37,559 nt of DNA, from positions 62,001 through 99,559 of the IMG/VR virus record IMGVR_UViG_3300001605_000013; one strand, given 5' to 3'. This stretch comes from an uncultured virus (IMG/VR IMGVR_UViG_3300001605_000013). Its lineage: Duplodnaviria > Heunggongvirae > Uroviricota > Caudoviricetes. Below are positions 9,105 to 19,737 of this stretch, one piece after another. Under the pieces are notes generated by a model. It did no database searches. It was given only the letters and a program-made list of their open reading frames with translations, and was not told the DNA's origin. The first letter of the stretch is position 1, and the number at the start of each line of letters is the position of its first letter. The translations under genes were made by a program, and so were the position numbers.

Positions 9105-10138
9105 AGCTTGGAATAGTTGTAAGAGCAGATGATACTGGTCTTGGGAATCAGACACATGAATTAGTTAAGATGTTAAATCCAGAAAAGATTCTTATCATTG
9201 ATTCATCAACATTTCATAATAAGAACATGCAGCATTATGAGTGGTATGAGGGAAGGAACATAGTTGTTAGCAAAGGTTTTCCAGACAACAGTATTCTGTT
9301 AAAGTTTTTTGAAGGATTAAGAATTGTTATTAGTTGTGAAACATTTTATAACAAAAGATTTGTTGCCTTGGCAAGAAGAAAAAGAATAAAGACTATTCTT
9401 CAGTATAACTTTGAGTTCTTAGATTATCTGTCTAATGAAGATGCTATGCTCCCCGATGTCTTATTGGCTCCAAGCCTTTGGAGATTTGAGGAGGTAGAGG
9501 AAAGATTTTCAAGCAAGTGTTTAGTAAAATATCTTCCTCCACCAACAGATCAAAAGCTTTTTAGTAAGAACAAGAGGATCAATACAGAAAGAACAAACAA
9601 ACTTCTTCATATAGGAGGTAAGGCAGCAATATACGATAGAAATGGTACAAATAGTGTTGTTGACATGCTTAAATACTCTAAATCTGATTATGAGTTAGTT
9701 ATAAGAAGTCAAACAAATATTGATATAGATTCTTCTGATCCCAGGCTCACTATTTTGGTTGGTAATGAGAGCAATCACGAAGATATGTATCGTGGTTATG
9801 ATGCTATGATTCTTCCTAGAAGGTATGCTGGTCTATGTCTGCCCATGAATGAGGCATTAATAAGTGGTCTACCAGTATTTATGACAGACATATCACCAAA
9901 CAACCTGATTCTTCCTCAAAAATGGCTTTCAAAGAGTTATTTTGTTAAAGAGTTTATGACTAGAATTGGAGTGAACTTGTATGAGTCTGATCCAAAATCT
10001 TTAGCCAAAGTAGTTGACAGATATTTTTTACAGGATGACTTGTCTAATGATAAAAAAGAAGCTTTTAACATTGGATACAGCAATTTTTCTTCAAAAAAAC
10101 TTAAGGAACGATACATTGATTTAATCAACAGCCTATAG
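9101..10138 (+). CDS. GT-B (GT4-like) glycosyltransferase
   Basis: RADDTGLG; DAMILPRRYAGLCLPMNEALISGLPV. Confidence 0.88.
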   Translation: MKLGIVVRADDTGLGNQTHELVKMLNPEKILIIDSSTFHNKNMQHYEWYEGRNIVVSKGFPDNSILLKFFEGLRIVISCETFYNKRFVALARRKRIKTILQYNFEFLDYLSNEDAMLPDVLLAPSLWRFEEVEERFSSKCLVKYLPPPTDQKLFSKNKRINTERTNKLLHIGGKAAIYDRNGTNSVVDMLKYSKSDYELVIRSQTNIDIDSSDPRLTILVGNESNHEDMYRGYDAMILPRRYAGLCLPMNEALISGLPVFMTDISPNNLILPQKWLSKSYFVKEFMTRIGVNLYESDPKSLAKVVDRYFLQDDLSNDKKEAFNIGYSNFSSKKLKERYIDLINSL

Positions 10139-10154
10139 TATAATTTATACTCAA

Positions 10155-10226
10155 TGGCGCGTAGCTCAATGGCAGAGCAATCGACTGTTAATCGATGGGT
10201 TAAAGGTTCGAGTCCTTTCGTGCCAG
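10155..10226 (+). tRNA. tRNA-Asn(GTT)
   Basis: Acceptor TGGCGCG/CGTGCCA; ATCGA-CTGTTAA-TCGAT. Confidence 0.93.
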
Positions 10227-10246
10227 CAAAACAGAAGGGTAGATAA

Positions 10247-10771
10247 GTGTCACACAAAGAGCAAAGAGATTTTTTTGAAAAAATAAAAGATATATATCCA
10301 GAATATTTTAAAAATGTATCAGTTATAGAGCTAGGATCACTAAACATAAATGGAACGGTGAGAGATTTTTATGATGCCAACAGGTATGTGGGGGTTGATT
10401 TAGACAACGGTCCTGGTGTTGACTTGGTGTGTGCTGCCCAGGATGTTGATTTCCCAGATAATTCATTTGATATTGCGGTTAGTGCAGAATGTTTTGAACA
10501 CAACCCATATTGGAAAGAAACATTTTTAAATATGCACAGAATGGCAGATAAATTTGTTATCTTTACCTGTGCTAGTGATGGTAGGCCAGAACATGGAACA
10601 ACCAGAACTACTCCGAACAATAGCCCTTTTACTTTAAAGTGGGATTATTATTGTAATCTAAATGAACAAGACTTTCGATCAGAGTTTTACTTAGATAAAA
10701 TGTTTAAAAACTATGAGTTTGTTTATAATGAAAAGTCTTTCGATCTTTATTTTTGGGGTTTGGTTAAGTGA
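10247..10771 (+). CDS. class I SAM-dependent methyltransferase
   Basis: VIELGS, YVGVD, SFDIAVSAECFEH. Confidence 0.9.
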   Translation: MSHKEQRDFFEKIKDIYPEYFKNVSVIELGSLNINGTVRDFYDANRYVGVDLDNGPGVDLVCAAQDVDFPDNSFDIAVSAECFEHNPYWKETFLNMHRMADKFVIFTCASDGRPEHGTTRTTPNNSPFTLKWDYYCNLNEQDFRSEFYLDKMFKNYEFVYNEKSFDLYFWGLVK

Positions 10772-11856
10772 GCAAAAGATCTGTTGCATTTTTAACTATG
10801 GATTGGACAAAAACTACTCCCAAAGAAGCAAATGGTTGCGCTCATTATAGATGCTGTCTTCCATCAGCTGAGCTTAAAAAGTTTGGTTGGGATACAGAGG
10901 TAGAATATCCAGAATATAATCCAAAGTTTGGTTTTGGCTCAAACGCTGGAGATAAATTGGCAAATTATGGATGGGATATAGTTGTATTTAAGTTAATAAT
11001 GCTTAGATCAGTTGCAGAAATAATGGAAAATGCCAAGCCAAATCAAAAGGTAGTCGTTGATGTTGATGATTTTTATGAGGGGCTTCAGGAAACAAACCTT
11101 GCATATAAAAATACAGATCCAGAGGCTCACCCAGAAAATAACAGAGATCATTACTGGAAGATAATTGATTTAGCAGATGCAATAATAACATCTACTCAGT
11201 TCTTGTATGACTTCTACACAAAAGAAAAAGGAAAGACAAATGTATTTCTAGTTCGTAATGGAATAGATATTGATAGATGGAGAAGAAAGCAGGATTATTC
11301 TCGATACCTTCCTACTGTTGGCTGGGTAGGGGCTCTCCCTTGGAGATCAGGGGATCTAGAAACTCTTAGACCTTTTCTAGGAGAGTTTCTTGAAAAAAAT
11401 AGACTAACCTTTCATCATTCTGGTCATATAAAGGAAATGAATCTAGATATAACTGATCTATCAAACATTCCTAAATCAGTTAAGTTTACCCATGAACCAA
11501 GAAAGATTATTAGCCAGTATCCACAAATGTTTAGGAAGATTGATATTGGTCTAGTTCCTCTTAATAATCTTCCCTTTAATCATGCCAAGTCAACGATAAA
11601 GGGTTTAGAATATACCGCTGCAGGGGTTCCATTTATTTCATCATATAGCCCAGAATATGAGCTTTTAACAAGTGAAGGTGTGGGCAGGGTTGCATACAAT
11701 AAAGATGATTGGATTAGGCATTTGACGGAACTACAAGATCCCAAAGTACGAAAAGACGACATAGAGAAAAATTATGAAAATGTAAAAAAAATGCATACCA
11801 TGGAAGTTCGTGGAAAAGATTGGGACAAAACCCTTACAGATATACTTGACATATAA
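10768..11856 (+). CDS. GT-B glycosyltransferase
   Basis: GCAHYRC, VVDVDD, VGWVG, DIGLVPL..LPFNHAKSTIKGLEY. Confidence 0.88.
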   Translation: MSKRSVAFLTMDWTKTTPKEANGCAHYRCCLPSAELKKFGWDTEVEYPEYNPKFGFGSNAGDKLANYGWDIVVFKLIMLRSVAEIMENAKPNQKVVVDVDDFYEGLQETNLAYKNTDPEAHPENNRDHYWKIIDLADAIITSTQFLYDFYTKEKGKTNVFLVRNGIDIDRWRRKQDYSRYLPTVGWVGALPWRSGDLETLRPFLGEFLEKNRLTFHHSGHIKEMNLDITDLSNIPKSVKFTHEPRKIISQYPQMFRKIDIGLVPLNNLPFNHAKSTIKGLEYTAAGVPFISSYSPEYELLTSEGVGRVAYNKDDWIRHLTELQDPKVRKDDIEKNYENVKKMHTMEVRGKDWDKTLTDILDI

Positions 11857-11912
11857 AAAAGTTTTCTGTATAATAATTATACGGAAACTGGCGCAAGAGT
11901 TATGGAGAAAAA

Positions 11913-12080
11913 ATGGGACGGCAGAGGAAGGTAAAAGATCTTACAACACCAATCCCTACACCAGAAAGACAACTAAATGGTCCTAGTGGCTTTTGCATTA
12001 CGGGACATCACGGAACATGCAAGTATCAATTTAACCATGGCAAATGTGGATGCAAATGCCATAAATCGAGAGGAATATAA
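11913..12080 (+). CDS. small Cys/His-rich protein (55 aa, not in ORF track)
   Basis: GGAG RBS; GFCITGHHGTC...CGCKCH. Confidence 0.7.
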   Translation: MGRQRKVKDLTTPIPTPERQLNGPSGFCITGHHGTCKYQFNHGKCGCKCHKSRGI

Positions 12081-12457
12081 TGTCTAAATCAAAATTTGGA
12101 GGAAGCAATCTCTACATGACTACCCGTGAGTTTGCTGATCTTGTTGTTACTGCCCTTGAAGATCAAAATTATTTTAGAAGTACAGATCCCTGTCATCCCC
12201 AGGATATTGCACAGGCATTTGTTACGGTTGGGGAGACTATTGGTTCTGCTATGGCTTGGGCGATCAAGGAAGAGCATGAGGCCAAGAATAAGATAAAGGA
12301 AGCCGTTATGAAAGCTGGAGATCTATCCAAGAATATTTCTGGATCTTGGTCAAGTGCATCTTCTTCCTCAGAACATAGGTATGCTCTACCCATTGATGAA
12401 GAAATTTCTCCACAAGAAAGTGGATACTCAGAGTGGAAGCTGAAGGGATATCTATAA
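12080..12457 (+). CDS. hypothetical protein
   Basis: 125 aa, GAGG RBS, TAATG coupling. Confidence 0.75.
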   Translation: MSKSKFGGSNLYMTTREFADLVVTALEDQNYFRSTDPCHPQDIAQAFVTVGETIGSAMAWAIKEEHEAKNKIKEAVMKAGDLSKNISGSWSSASSSSEHRYALPIDEEISPQESGYSEWKLKGYL

Positions 12458-12522
12458 TGGTAAAGATGAAAGACTTATACTTGATTCATGGAATTGAGAA
12501 TATTGACGAGGATGATGACTGA

Positions 12523-12756
12523 ATGAATCCAGATCAACCACAGTTTGAGAAGTATTGGCGTAAGAGGATTGCCGAAGAAACAAAGATCAATAACAAAGAA
12601 ATTGATTTTTACGATTGGGTAAATTTTGGAAAAGATATGGGATGGTGTTCGGATATTGTCTGTGATACCCACGATGGCTTGCCCATGACTGATGAAGAAA
12701 TGGAAGGCTGGGAATTTGGTAATGATGAATGTGTTCCTGCCATTAGGGTTTGGTAA
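12523..12756 (+). CDS. hypothetical phage protein
   Basis: 77 aa, GWCSDIVCDTHDGLP. Confidence 0.75.
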   Translation: MNPDQPQFEKYWRKRIAEETKINNKEIDFYDWVNFGKDMGWCSDIVCDTHDGLPMTDEEMEGWEFGNDECVPAIRVW

Positions 12757-12935
12757 TGCCAACATACTCGTATCAGTGTAATTCTTGTGGCATGATGGAT
12801 ATTCATCAGAGTATCCATGACGGTATTCTAACTAGATGTCCGACATGCAACTCAAGGCAATTCACTAAAAAGATTAGCCTTGCTAATATTCAATTTAAAG
12901 GTAGTGGATTTTATTCAACAGATTCAAAAGGTTAG
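12756..12935 (+). CDS. FmdB-family zinc-ribbon protein
   Basis: MPTYSYQC..C...CPTC...FKGSGFYSTD. Confidence 0.9.
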   Translation: MPTYSYQCNSCGMMDIHQSIHDGILTRCPTCNSRQFTKKISLANIQFKGSGFYSTDSKG

Positions 12936-12949
12936 TGATACAATAAATT

Positions 12950-13822
12950 ATGCTTGGAATGCATTTTAATGATCCACTAGACTCCCCCCCGAAAACTGAT
13001 TGGGTAAGACTTTGGGATTGTGGAGTAACTTGGAAAGATATACATATTGGACCAAACAATTATGATTGGTCAAGATTAGACTATCTAGTAAATCTTTATT
13101 CCGACAGGAATATTTTATACGTCTTTGCTGCAACCCCTAGATGGTTAGCAAAAGATCCTGATGCTCCACACTTTGCTCCCTGGCTTGGACCAGGATCTAA
13201 CTCGTTGCCATATGATATTGATGAATGGAATAAGTTTGTTTGGATGGTATCAAAAAGATATGCTGGAAGAATTAATGCATATGAAATATGGAATGAACCA
13301 CAATTAGCAGACTTTATGTATCCATATGATACTAAAAACATAAATACTTTAGTCACCATGACAAAGAGAGCCTATAACACCATTAAATCTAATGATAGGA
13401 AGGCCATGGTTGTATCAGCATCAGTTTTGCCAAGACTTTCTAGTGGTGGAATGAAAAGAGCTGAGAGATACCTTAAATCTTTAAAAAAGGGTGGTTGGAC
13501 GGTAGATAGGGTATCATGTCACATCTACCCAGAAGTGGGTATGGGGGCTGCATCTTGGTATTCTTATTTGCAGGATGTAAGGAATTCTGTTAATAGACTT
13601 AAGGGTCCTAGATTAATTTGGGTAACAGAAACAAACTATAATCTCTTGGGAAGCATCCTCGATCCAATATCTTCTGAACGCTTAGTTAGAGATACATATC
13701 GATATGCAGGTAATTCTCCAATATTTTGGTATGGTTGGGGTAAAGATGATATCCTGGGTGGTCTGATCATTAAGGAAAATTCTGCGGCTTGGAAAGAAAT
13801 GCAGAAACATCTTGACAGATAG
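12950..13822 (+). CDS. clan GH-A glycoside hydrolase (GH5/GH39-like)
   Basis: VRLWD, YEIWNEP acid/base and IWVTE nucleophile motifs. Confidence 0.88.
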   Translation: MLGMHFNDPLDSPPKTDWVRLWDCGVTWKDIHIGPNNYDWSRLDYLVNLYSDRNILYVFAATPRWLAKDPDAPHFAPWLGPGSNSLPYDIDEWNKFVWMVSKRYAGRINAYEIWNEPQLADFMYPYDTKNINTLVTMTKRAYNTIKSNDRKAMVVSASVLPRLSSGGMKRAERYLKSLKKGGWTVDRVSCHIYPEVGMGAASWYSYLQDVRNSVNRLKGPRLIWVTETNYNLLGSILDPISSERLVRDTYRYAGNSPIFWYGWGKDDILGGLIIKENSAAWKEMQKHLDR

Positions 13823-13840
13823 ATAAATATTCTGTATAAT
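13812..13840 (+). promoter_or_regulatory. consensus SigA promoter
   Basis: TTGACA-17 bp-TATAAT. Confidence 0.85.
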
Positions 13841-13964
13841 CTGTGTGTAGGAAAAAATATTTTAAGATTCGGGTGAAAATAATGGAGCATGATGATCAAT
13901 GCGAAAATAGCAGGGGATGGGTTGGATTCCCTTGCGAGTGTGAAAATAGATCTCAGGATAATTA

Positions 13965-15049
13965 ATGTCCTATTGTAGATTTATAGAAGCAGATGCATAC
14001 ATCTATGATGATGTATATTATGGCCTTTATTGTTGTGCGTGTTCTCTTATGCCTCTCCGCACAGAGTACAGCACATTCTTTAAAGAAGATATCACAATGA
14101 ATGAAAGCTTTGTTGCAGGATACGACTATGACAAAATGCTTGCTCATGTTGCAAAGCATCGTGAAGCAGGAGATTATATCCCAGAAGATGTGGATGAAAG
14201 ATTAATTGAAGAACGAGACTGCAAACATGTGTTTGTTGAAATGAAATATGGAGTACGTTGTGAAAAATGCTGGCGACCTCAAGACATTTAGTTCAGTAGA
14301 ACAATTAATGGAGGATCTTGATAACGTGAAGATAACTAAGACACTACACATAACCTGGTTTTATCAACGGGTTAAGCGTAGTATTCGTAATGCTATTCGC
14401 ACCCCCAAATGGTGGTATCAGCGTGCCAAGCGAGGGTATAGCGATAGGGATGTGTGGAACGCAGACATTTACCTGGCAGGAGTATTCGCAGGAGTTCTTG
14501 ACTGGTATATCCACAATGGCATGGGTGTCTCAATGGCTTACAAAGACCCAAATGACCCATATTGTGAAGATGTAGAAGCCATGGTGATTAGAAGGAATAC
14601 TGATTACTTAAATCACATTGCAATTTTTCAGAAGTATGCAAACAACGGTATTGCTTGGGATGAAGAAGACGCAAAAGAATTTGGCGGGGTACTTGACAAG
14701 GATATCAAGGCTAGCGTACACTGGTTGTCTGAACACTTTACAGAATTGTGGGATTAATATGATTAAAGTAACTACAAGACACGGAACTTACTACATTATT
14801 GATAAGGAAAATCAGATTGCCAAGCGTGTCAAGGGTGATGAACGTAACGAGATGTACGGGGATGAAGAATGGTTTGAGTTTTCATCTGTTCATTCATATG
14901 TGAGAGAAACTAATACGCATGGTGATGACATTGAAATTGGCAAAGATATGTACTTCTTTCTCCGTGGACCCCGTTACTATGACTGGCGCATCAGTACTAC
15001 CGTCACTTCTATTGAGGAAGTTGTTGACAACTACCCCTCACAGGAGTAG
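13965..15049 (+). CDS. three hypothetical proteins (13965-14291, ~14326-14757, 14759-15049)
   Basis: Consecutive ORFs; the start of the middle ORF is uncertain. Confidence 0.7.
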
Positions 15050-15058
15050 AATATTACC

Positions 15059-15331
15059 ATGAACAGACTAAAGAAGGCTCGCGTTAAGAAGTCTCTTGCT
15101 TGGAAGGCAGAGACAATGGATCTTGTCTACCTTGAGAATACAGATATCAAGATTTGGACTCACAAGAAGGAGTTGTGCATGGGACAACACTGTACCGTTC
15201 ATAATCTTTCTAGTCACTCTATGCGCTCATTCCCACAGCATTGGCGAGGGGACAGGGCAATCATGGAGCGTATCTGTCCTCATGGTATTGGACACCCAGA
15301 TCCTGACGAATATAAACTAACTGTACTCTAA
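15059..15331 (+). CDS. conserved-looking phage protein, C-terminus apparently frameshifted
   Basis: CTVHN...MERICPHGIGHPDPD; GIHGCDG continues in another frame. Confidence 0.7.
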   Translation: MNRLKKARVKKSLAWKAETMDLVYLENTDIKIWTHKKELCMGQHCTVHNLSSHSMRSFPQHWRGDRAIMERICPHGIGHPDPDEYKLTVL

Positions 15332-15506
15332 GCATGAGGGTATTCATGGTTGCGATGGATAGCTGTGCGAGATAAAGTTNTCCTTTCGCGTAGAGGAGAC
15401 TTTTATGATGTGTTTATCAATGGAAAGCATCGTGGTTCAGGAACATGGGCATATGTTTCTACCGCCCACGCTTTTTATCTTATGGAAGGAATGAAAGTAG
15501 AAATCA

Positions 15507-16941
15507 ATGAGTGACTATCTAGAACTACCTCTCTATCTTGAGGAAGAAAAGACAGTAGATCTGTGGGTATACACAGAACCAAATAAGTTCTTCATTATTA
15601 AGAATGTTAATTCAGATCCAATTAGATATCAGGGTTGGTGGTCAATTTCGTTTGTTCAATACAATCGTTATGCAACTACCCACATTGAATCGTCTAAAGT
15701 AATGTATTTCGTAACGATAGACAATGAGGACAACACATGAAAGTATACGATACTGCCAGTGCTATTAGTCAGATTGATTGTAATGACTGGGTTAAATTAC
15801 AGGATGTTGAATCTATTATCGCCAAGGTAAGATCAGAATATGTTAACTCTAAATGTGTGTGGGGTGAAGGAGAATGCGTACTTGACTGCCCATCCTGTAA
15901 AAGAATGAACGAGATGCTTGCAGAGCGTGCAGCAGGGGATAGGGAAGGACAACGAGACATGCTTAATAGATGTATTGCAGCAGTAGAAGCAATAGAAAAT
16001 GATTTTAATAGTAGTGCAGAGTGGGATAGAGACTATGATGTAGATCCATCAGGGAATACACGCAATCCTAGAATATGGATTAGAGAAGCAGTCTCTGCCA
16101 TGCGTTCCTTGGAGGTTGAACTATGACATATCCAGAACCATATGGGTTGGAGTGCGGGGCAGGGTGGAAAGATATCGTTGACCGTACCCATGAGAAACTA
16201 AAGTATATTGATCCTGACTATACAATTTTTCAGATCAAAGAGAAGTTTGGCGGCCTCAGATATTATTTTGATACTTCCCTTGAATATGGATCTACCCCTC
16301 ATAATATTATGAATGACATTGTTTCGGCAGCAGAATTTGAAGCATCCAATACCTGCGAAATGTGCGGTACATCTGGAAGAATCAAAGAAGTAGAGCTAAG
16401 AGTAGACCACTATTGGTACTACACATACTGTAAAGAATGTTCTGACAAACACATTGCAGAACGTAACGAAAGATTCGGTCGTAAAAATGATTAAATGTTG
16501 GAACTGTAATATGGAATTAGATACGCCTGTAAGTTCGGCGGAAAAAATAGAGAAACAAGGCCAACCTATAAACACATCCCATCCCTGGTGGAATGGCAAT
16601 GTAGCCATTGACTTTAGCACCGAAGAGTGGGGGTATATTCTTAATGTGTTATCTTCCCTTGTTGAAACTGCTCGCATGTACGGATGGGCAGACACGGTGG
16701 CAGAAGCAGACATTCGTAATATTATGGATCGTATAGAAAAGAACATAGGAGTAGAGTAATGAAAGATAAGTTTATTACATTTGGAATTGGATTGGCGATG
16801 CTTATTGCACTTTCCATACTGATAGTGTTGATTGTTAATACAAGCCTTGGTTTGTGGATTATTTTTGGAATCTTTGTACTTGTAGCATCTTATGTCATGG
16901 GTACTCTTGCTCGTGAAGTCTGGCGACTAAGAAAACTATGA
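15507..16941 (+). CDS. five coupled hypothetical proteins (15507-15740, 15737-16126, 16123-16494, 16487-16759, 16759-16941 membrane)
   Basis: ATGA/TAATG overlaps; 16123 ORF has the common phage motif QIKEKFGGLRYY; the last has two TM helices. Confidence 0.75.
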
Positions 16942-17165
16942 TGGATAATTTATGGTGGGCTAGCTGGGTCTTAGCTGCCTTTGGTGTTTCTACCATGTTT
17001 TTTGCAGGACAAAGAAAGTGGTGGGCATGGTGTATTGGACTCTTGACAGAAGCATTATGGATCTGGTATTCTATAGTTACTAAACAATATGGATTTATTG
17101 TTGCTGCTTTAGCATATATGATGGTATATTTTAGAAATACCCTTAAGTGGAGAGAGAACAGATAA
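16938..17165 (+). CDS. half-size PnuC-like membrane protein
   Basis: 75 aa, three TM segments, KWWAWCIG...LWIWY...QYGF. Confidence 0.7.
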   Translation: MMDNLWWASWVLAAFGVSTMFFAGQRKWWAWCIGLLTEALWIWYSIVTKQYGFIVAALAYMMVYFRNTLKWRENR

Positions 17166-17359
17166 TGATAGAAGAAGAAAAAACCGATAACTATGAAGAA
17201 TTTTTGGAAAAAAGAATAGAAACACTTGAATCTAAGGCTTGTGATCGTAGATACGAGATTACTGTTCTTCGTGCTTGTATTGATCACTTAGTAAAAAAGC
17301 ATTCGATAGAAGAACCTAAAGTAGATGATGTTCCTGTATCTAAATGGACTGCAAGTTAA
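17165..17359 (+). CDS. hypothetical protein
   Basis: TAATG-coupled ORF. Confidence 0.6.
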   Translation: MIEEEKTDNYEEFLEKRIETLESKACDRRYEITVLRACIDHLVKKHSIEEPKVDDVPVSKWTAS

Positions 17360-17463
17360 TGGCACTACTATTGCGTGGCTGCTACAGCAGTGCCAATGGA
17401 ATGGGGATTTGGTCCTTGACATTCCTTAGCAAACAGACGTAATATGTGGTTAGAGGAGGATAA

Positions 17464-17988
17464 ATGAGGTACTTTACATCAGATTTGCATTTTGGGCATA
17501 AAGGTATCCTAAAATACTGCAATAGACCGTTTGCAAACACACAAGAGGGCGACCAGTTTCTTATTGATGCTATCAATGATTTAGAATGTGATGAACTCTG
17601 GGTGCTTGGAGACTTTTGCTTTACTGGCTCCACAAGAGCAGTTGAGATAGTTAATCAACTTAAACCAAATCTAACACTTGTCAGAGGTAATCACGATCAT
17701 GATCGAGTTGTTCGCAGACTTACTGAGAATGGCGTAACTATTCTTGACACACATGATGGAATTATTGCGGGAAGAGAAGTAACAATAAGCCATTATCCCT
17801 TTAATGATTCTCGGTACCCTGACCGCTCTCCTGCTAACGATGGTCGAGTAGTTGTTCATGGTCATATCCACGACATTAGAGGAGTTGCTAAAAATCAGGT
17901 GAATGTTGGTTGGGACTATTGGAACAGATTTCTTAGCGAGGATGAAATTGGGGATTTAATAGATAAGTCCAGAAATTTCATACCTTGA
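17464..17988 (+). CDS. calcineurin-like metallophosphoesterase
   Basis: SDLHFGH, LGD, RGNHD, SHYP, HGHIH. Confidence 0.95.
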   Translation: MRYFTSDLHFGHKGILKYCNRPFANTQEGDQFLIDAINDLECDELWVLGDFCFTGSTRAVEIVNQLKPNLTLVRGNHDHDRVVRRLTENGVTILDTHDGIIAGREVTISHYPFNDSRYPDRSPANDGRVVVHGHIHDIRGVAKNQVNVGWDYWNRFLSEDEIGDLIDKSRNFIP

Positions 17989-18105
17989 AAACCTAAGGCT
18001 TGATGGTCAAAGTTTTATGCCGTATCTACGAAAAAACAATTGCATCATTTGCCTACATTGCGGTATATTTTAAAAATACTATTAGATGGAAGAGGATATC
18101 CAATA

Positions 18106-18420
18106 ATGCATGATGAACTATGCCCTATGGTAAATGAAGATCCCAAAGACTGTAATATATGTAGTCTCATTAGAATGGTTCGTATAGATGAAAAGGACAA
18201 ATTTAGCGGGGATGAAGAATGGGATAGACAATTAGTATCAGAAGAATACTATAACAAAGGATTTGCTGAGGGATCAAAAAGTGTAGTAAAAACTGAGACA
18301 AAAATTGAGGGAGTCCCACTAACTACTATTCATAAATATATCCTGGATGGGATAGCTCAGAGGAACATGAAAGAGACAGAAGCCTTATATAAACTATATG
18401 TTTCCCTTGGTGGAAAATAA
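18106..18420 (+). CDS. hypothetical protein
   Basis: GAGG RBS before MHDELCP; last rightward gene. Confidence 0.7.
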   Translation: MHDELCPMVNEDPKDCNICSLIRMVRIDEKDKFSGDEEWDRQLVSEEYYNKGFAEGSKSVVKTETKIEGVPLTTIHKYILDGIAQRNMKETEALYKLYVSLGGK

Positions 18421-18818
18421 CGGGGTAGATGGTGGATACCCTATCCTTCTCATATATATATAAACATAAAGCATGGTTACATATACCTACAAGTAGTCTT
18501 ATATTTATATATGAATTAGATACACCAGACGATGATTATATACATAAGGTTATCTTTGAGAGACCATAGGAATGCTATCGCATTTCAGGTGAAAACCCCT
18601 CAGATTGGCTTATATGGTCATTAAAATACCCTTTGGAAGTATGATTATGTGTATATATATGTTACTGTGATATTTGCAGTGGAGTGAAATGGTTTGAAAT
18701 GGAGAGATATGGGTAATTGGGTATATATAATAAAACAAAAACTCATTGTTTTTTATTTAAAACACCCCCCAAATCCCCACAAACCAGTTCAGAATATAAT
18801 AAAATATATATAAAACCA

Positions 18819-19610
18819 GGCGAAATATACAATCCTTCGTAATACCTATTGGTTCTTATATGCCATATATGATATATACATTACTATTATGTATATAAGG
18901 AATATTATAAAGATAGGATGTCTATTGGTCCCTGGCAAGTTGGGGAATATGTTGTAGCTGCCCCCAAAGCTAGACCAACCCTTTCTATAGGATCATAGTC
19001 TGTAGATGTATATAGAGAACCTAATGCAAAGTTTCCTCCACTACCTATAGCTACTTCTTTTATTTCAGCTACCCCCCAGTCATCTGTATTGAATTCAAAT
19101 AATCTACCCCCACACCCTATAACAAAATCTGTAGAATCATCATCTTTCGATGATCCATGTGTATCTAAAATAGATTTATAATTCTCTACAACATCCATTC
19201 GTAATACTTTATATATATCATCTGTCTTTTTAATCGGGGGTAGCTCTATAAAATCAAACAACTGTCCATTACCTAAACTACCTGCATAACCATATATCCA
19301 TTCATTCTTTATAACTACCTTTGGTTGTAACATAGATAATATAGAGCTATCATCTGATACCCCCCTGTCCCCACCTATATAGATAACATCATCGTGTACT
19401 ATTCCTACAATAACTGTCATTTATGTATAACACTCATTTCTTCATAGACATCTATATATTTCTTTACAACATAACCATCTGGTGTTTTAACTAACTTCCA
19501 GAAAGTAAAGTACACTTATGTATTATATCCTAATGCTGGCGATTTTTCAAGTCCTTCGTAATACCTTTTTACAAAAACGTGGGCGATTTTGAGTGCCCTT
19601 CGTAATACCT
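18819..19610. repeat. three copies of GGCGA-N10-CCTTCGTAATACCT
   Basis: 18819-18847, 19538-19566, 19582-19610. Confidence 0.85.
18905..19420 (-). CDS. HslV/proteasome-beta-like Ntn peptidase
   Basis: N-terminal Thr (MTVIVG), GGDR, GYAGS, AIGSGGNFALGSL. Confidence 0.88.
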   Translation of the reverse strand: MTVIVGIVHDDVIYIGGDRGVSDDSSILSMLQPKVVIKNEWIYGYAGSLGNGQLFDFIELPPIKKTDDIYKVLRMDVVENYKSILDTHGSSKDDDSTDFVIGCGGRLFEFNTDDWGVAEIKEVAIGSGGNFALGSLYTSTDYDPIERVGLALGAATTYSPTCQGPIDILSL

Positions 19611-19737
19611 TTTTTAATAAAATAGTTTGAAATCCGGCCCGCTTTTTCACAAGACGGAAGCACATGAAACCAAAATGAAAAACAAAGCCACCAGGAATAT
19701 CACGCCAGCGAATAAAGCTGTTAGTGCATCATCACCT

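Noticed and set aside
15310..15385. Apparent frameshift and in-frame TAG in the HPDPD...GIHGCDG protein (recoding?)
   Set aside because: Two single-base indels beside an N at 15380 point to low-quality sequence; TAG is a normal stop elsewhere and no suppressor tRNA is seen
587..17871. Minus-strand ORFs inside the rightward block
   Set aside because: Antisense shadows of well-supported genes with no recognisable motifs
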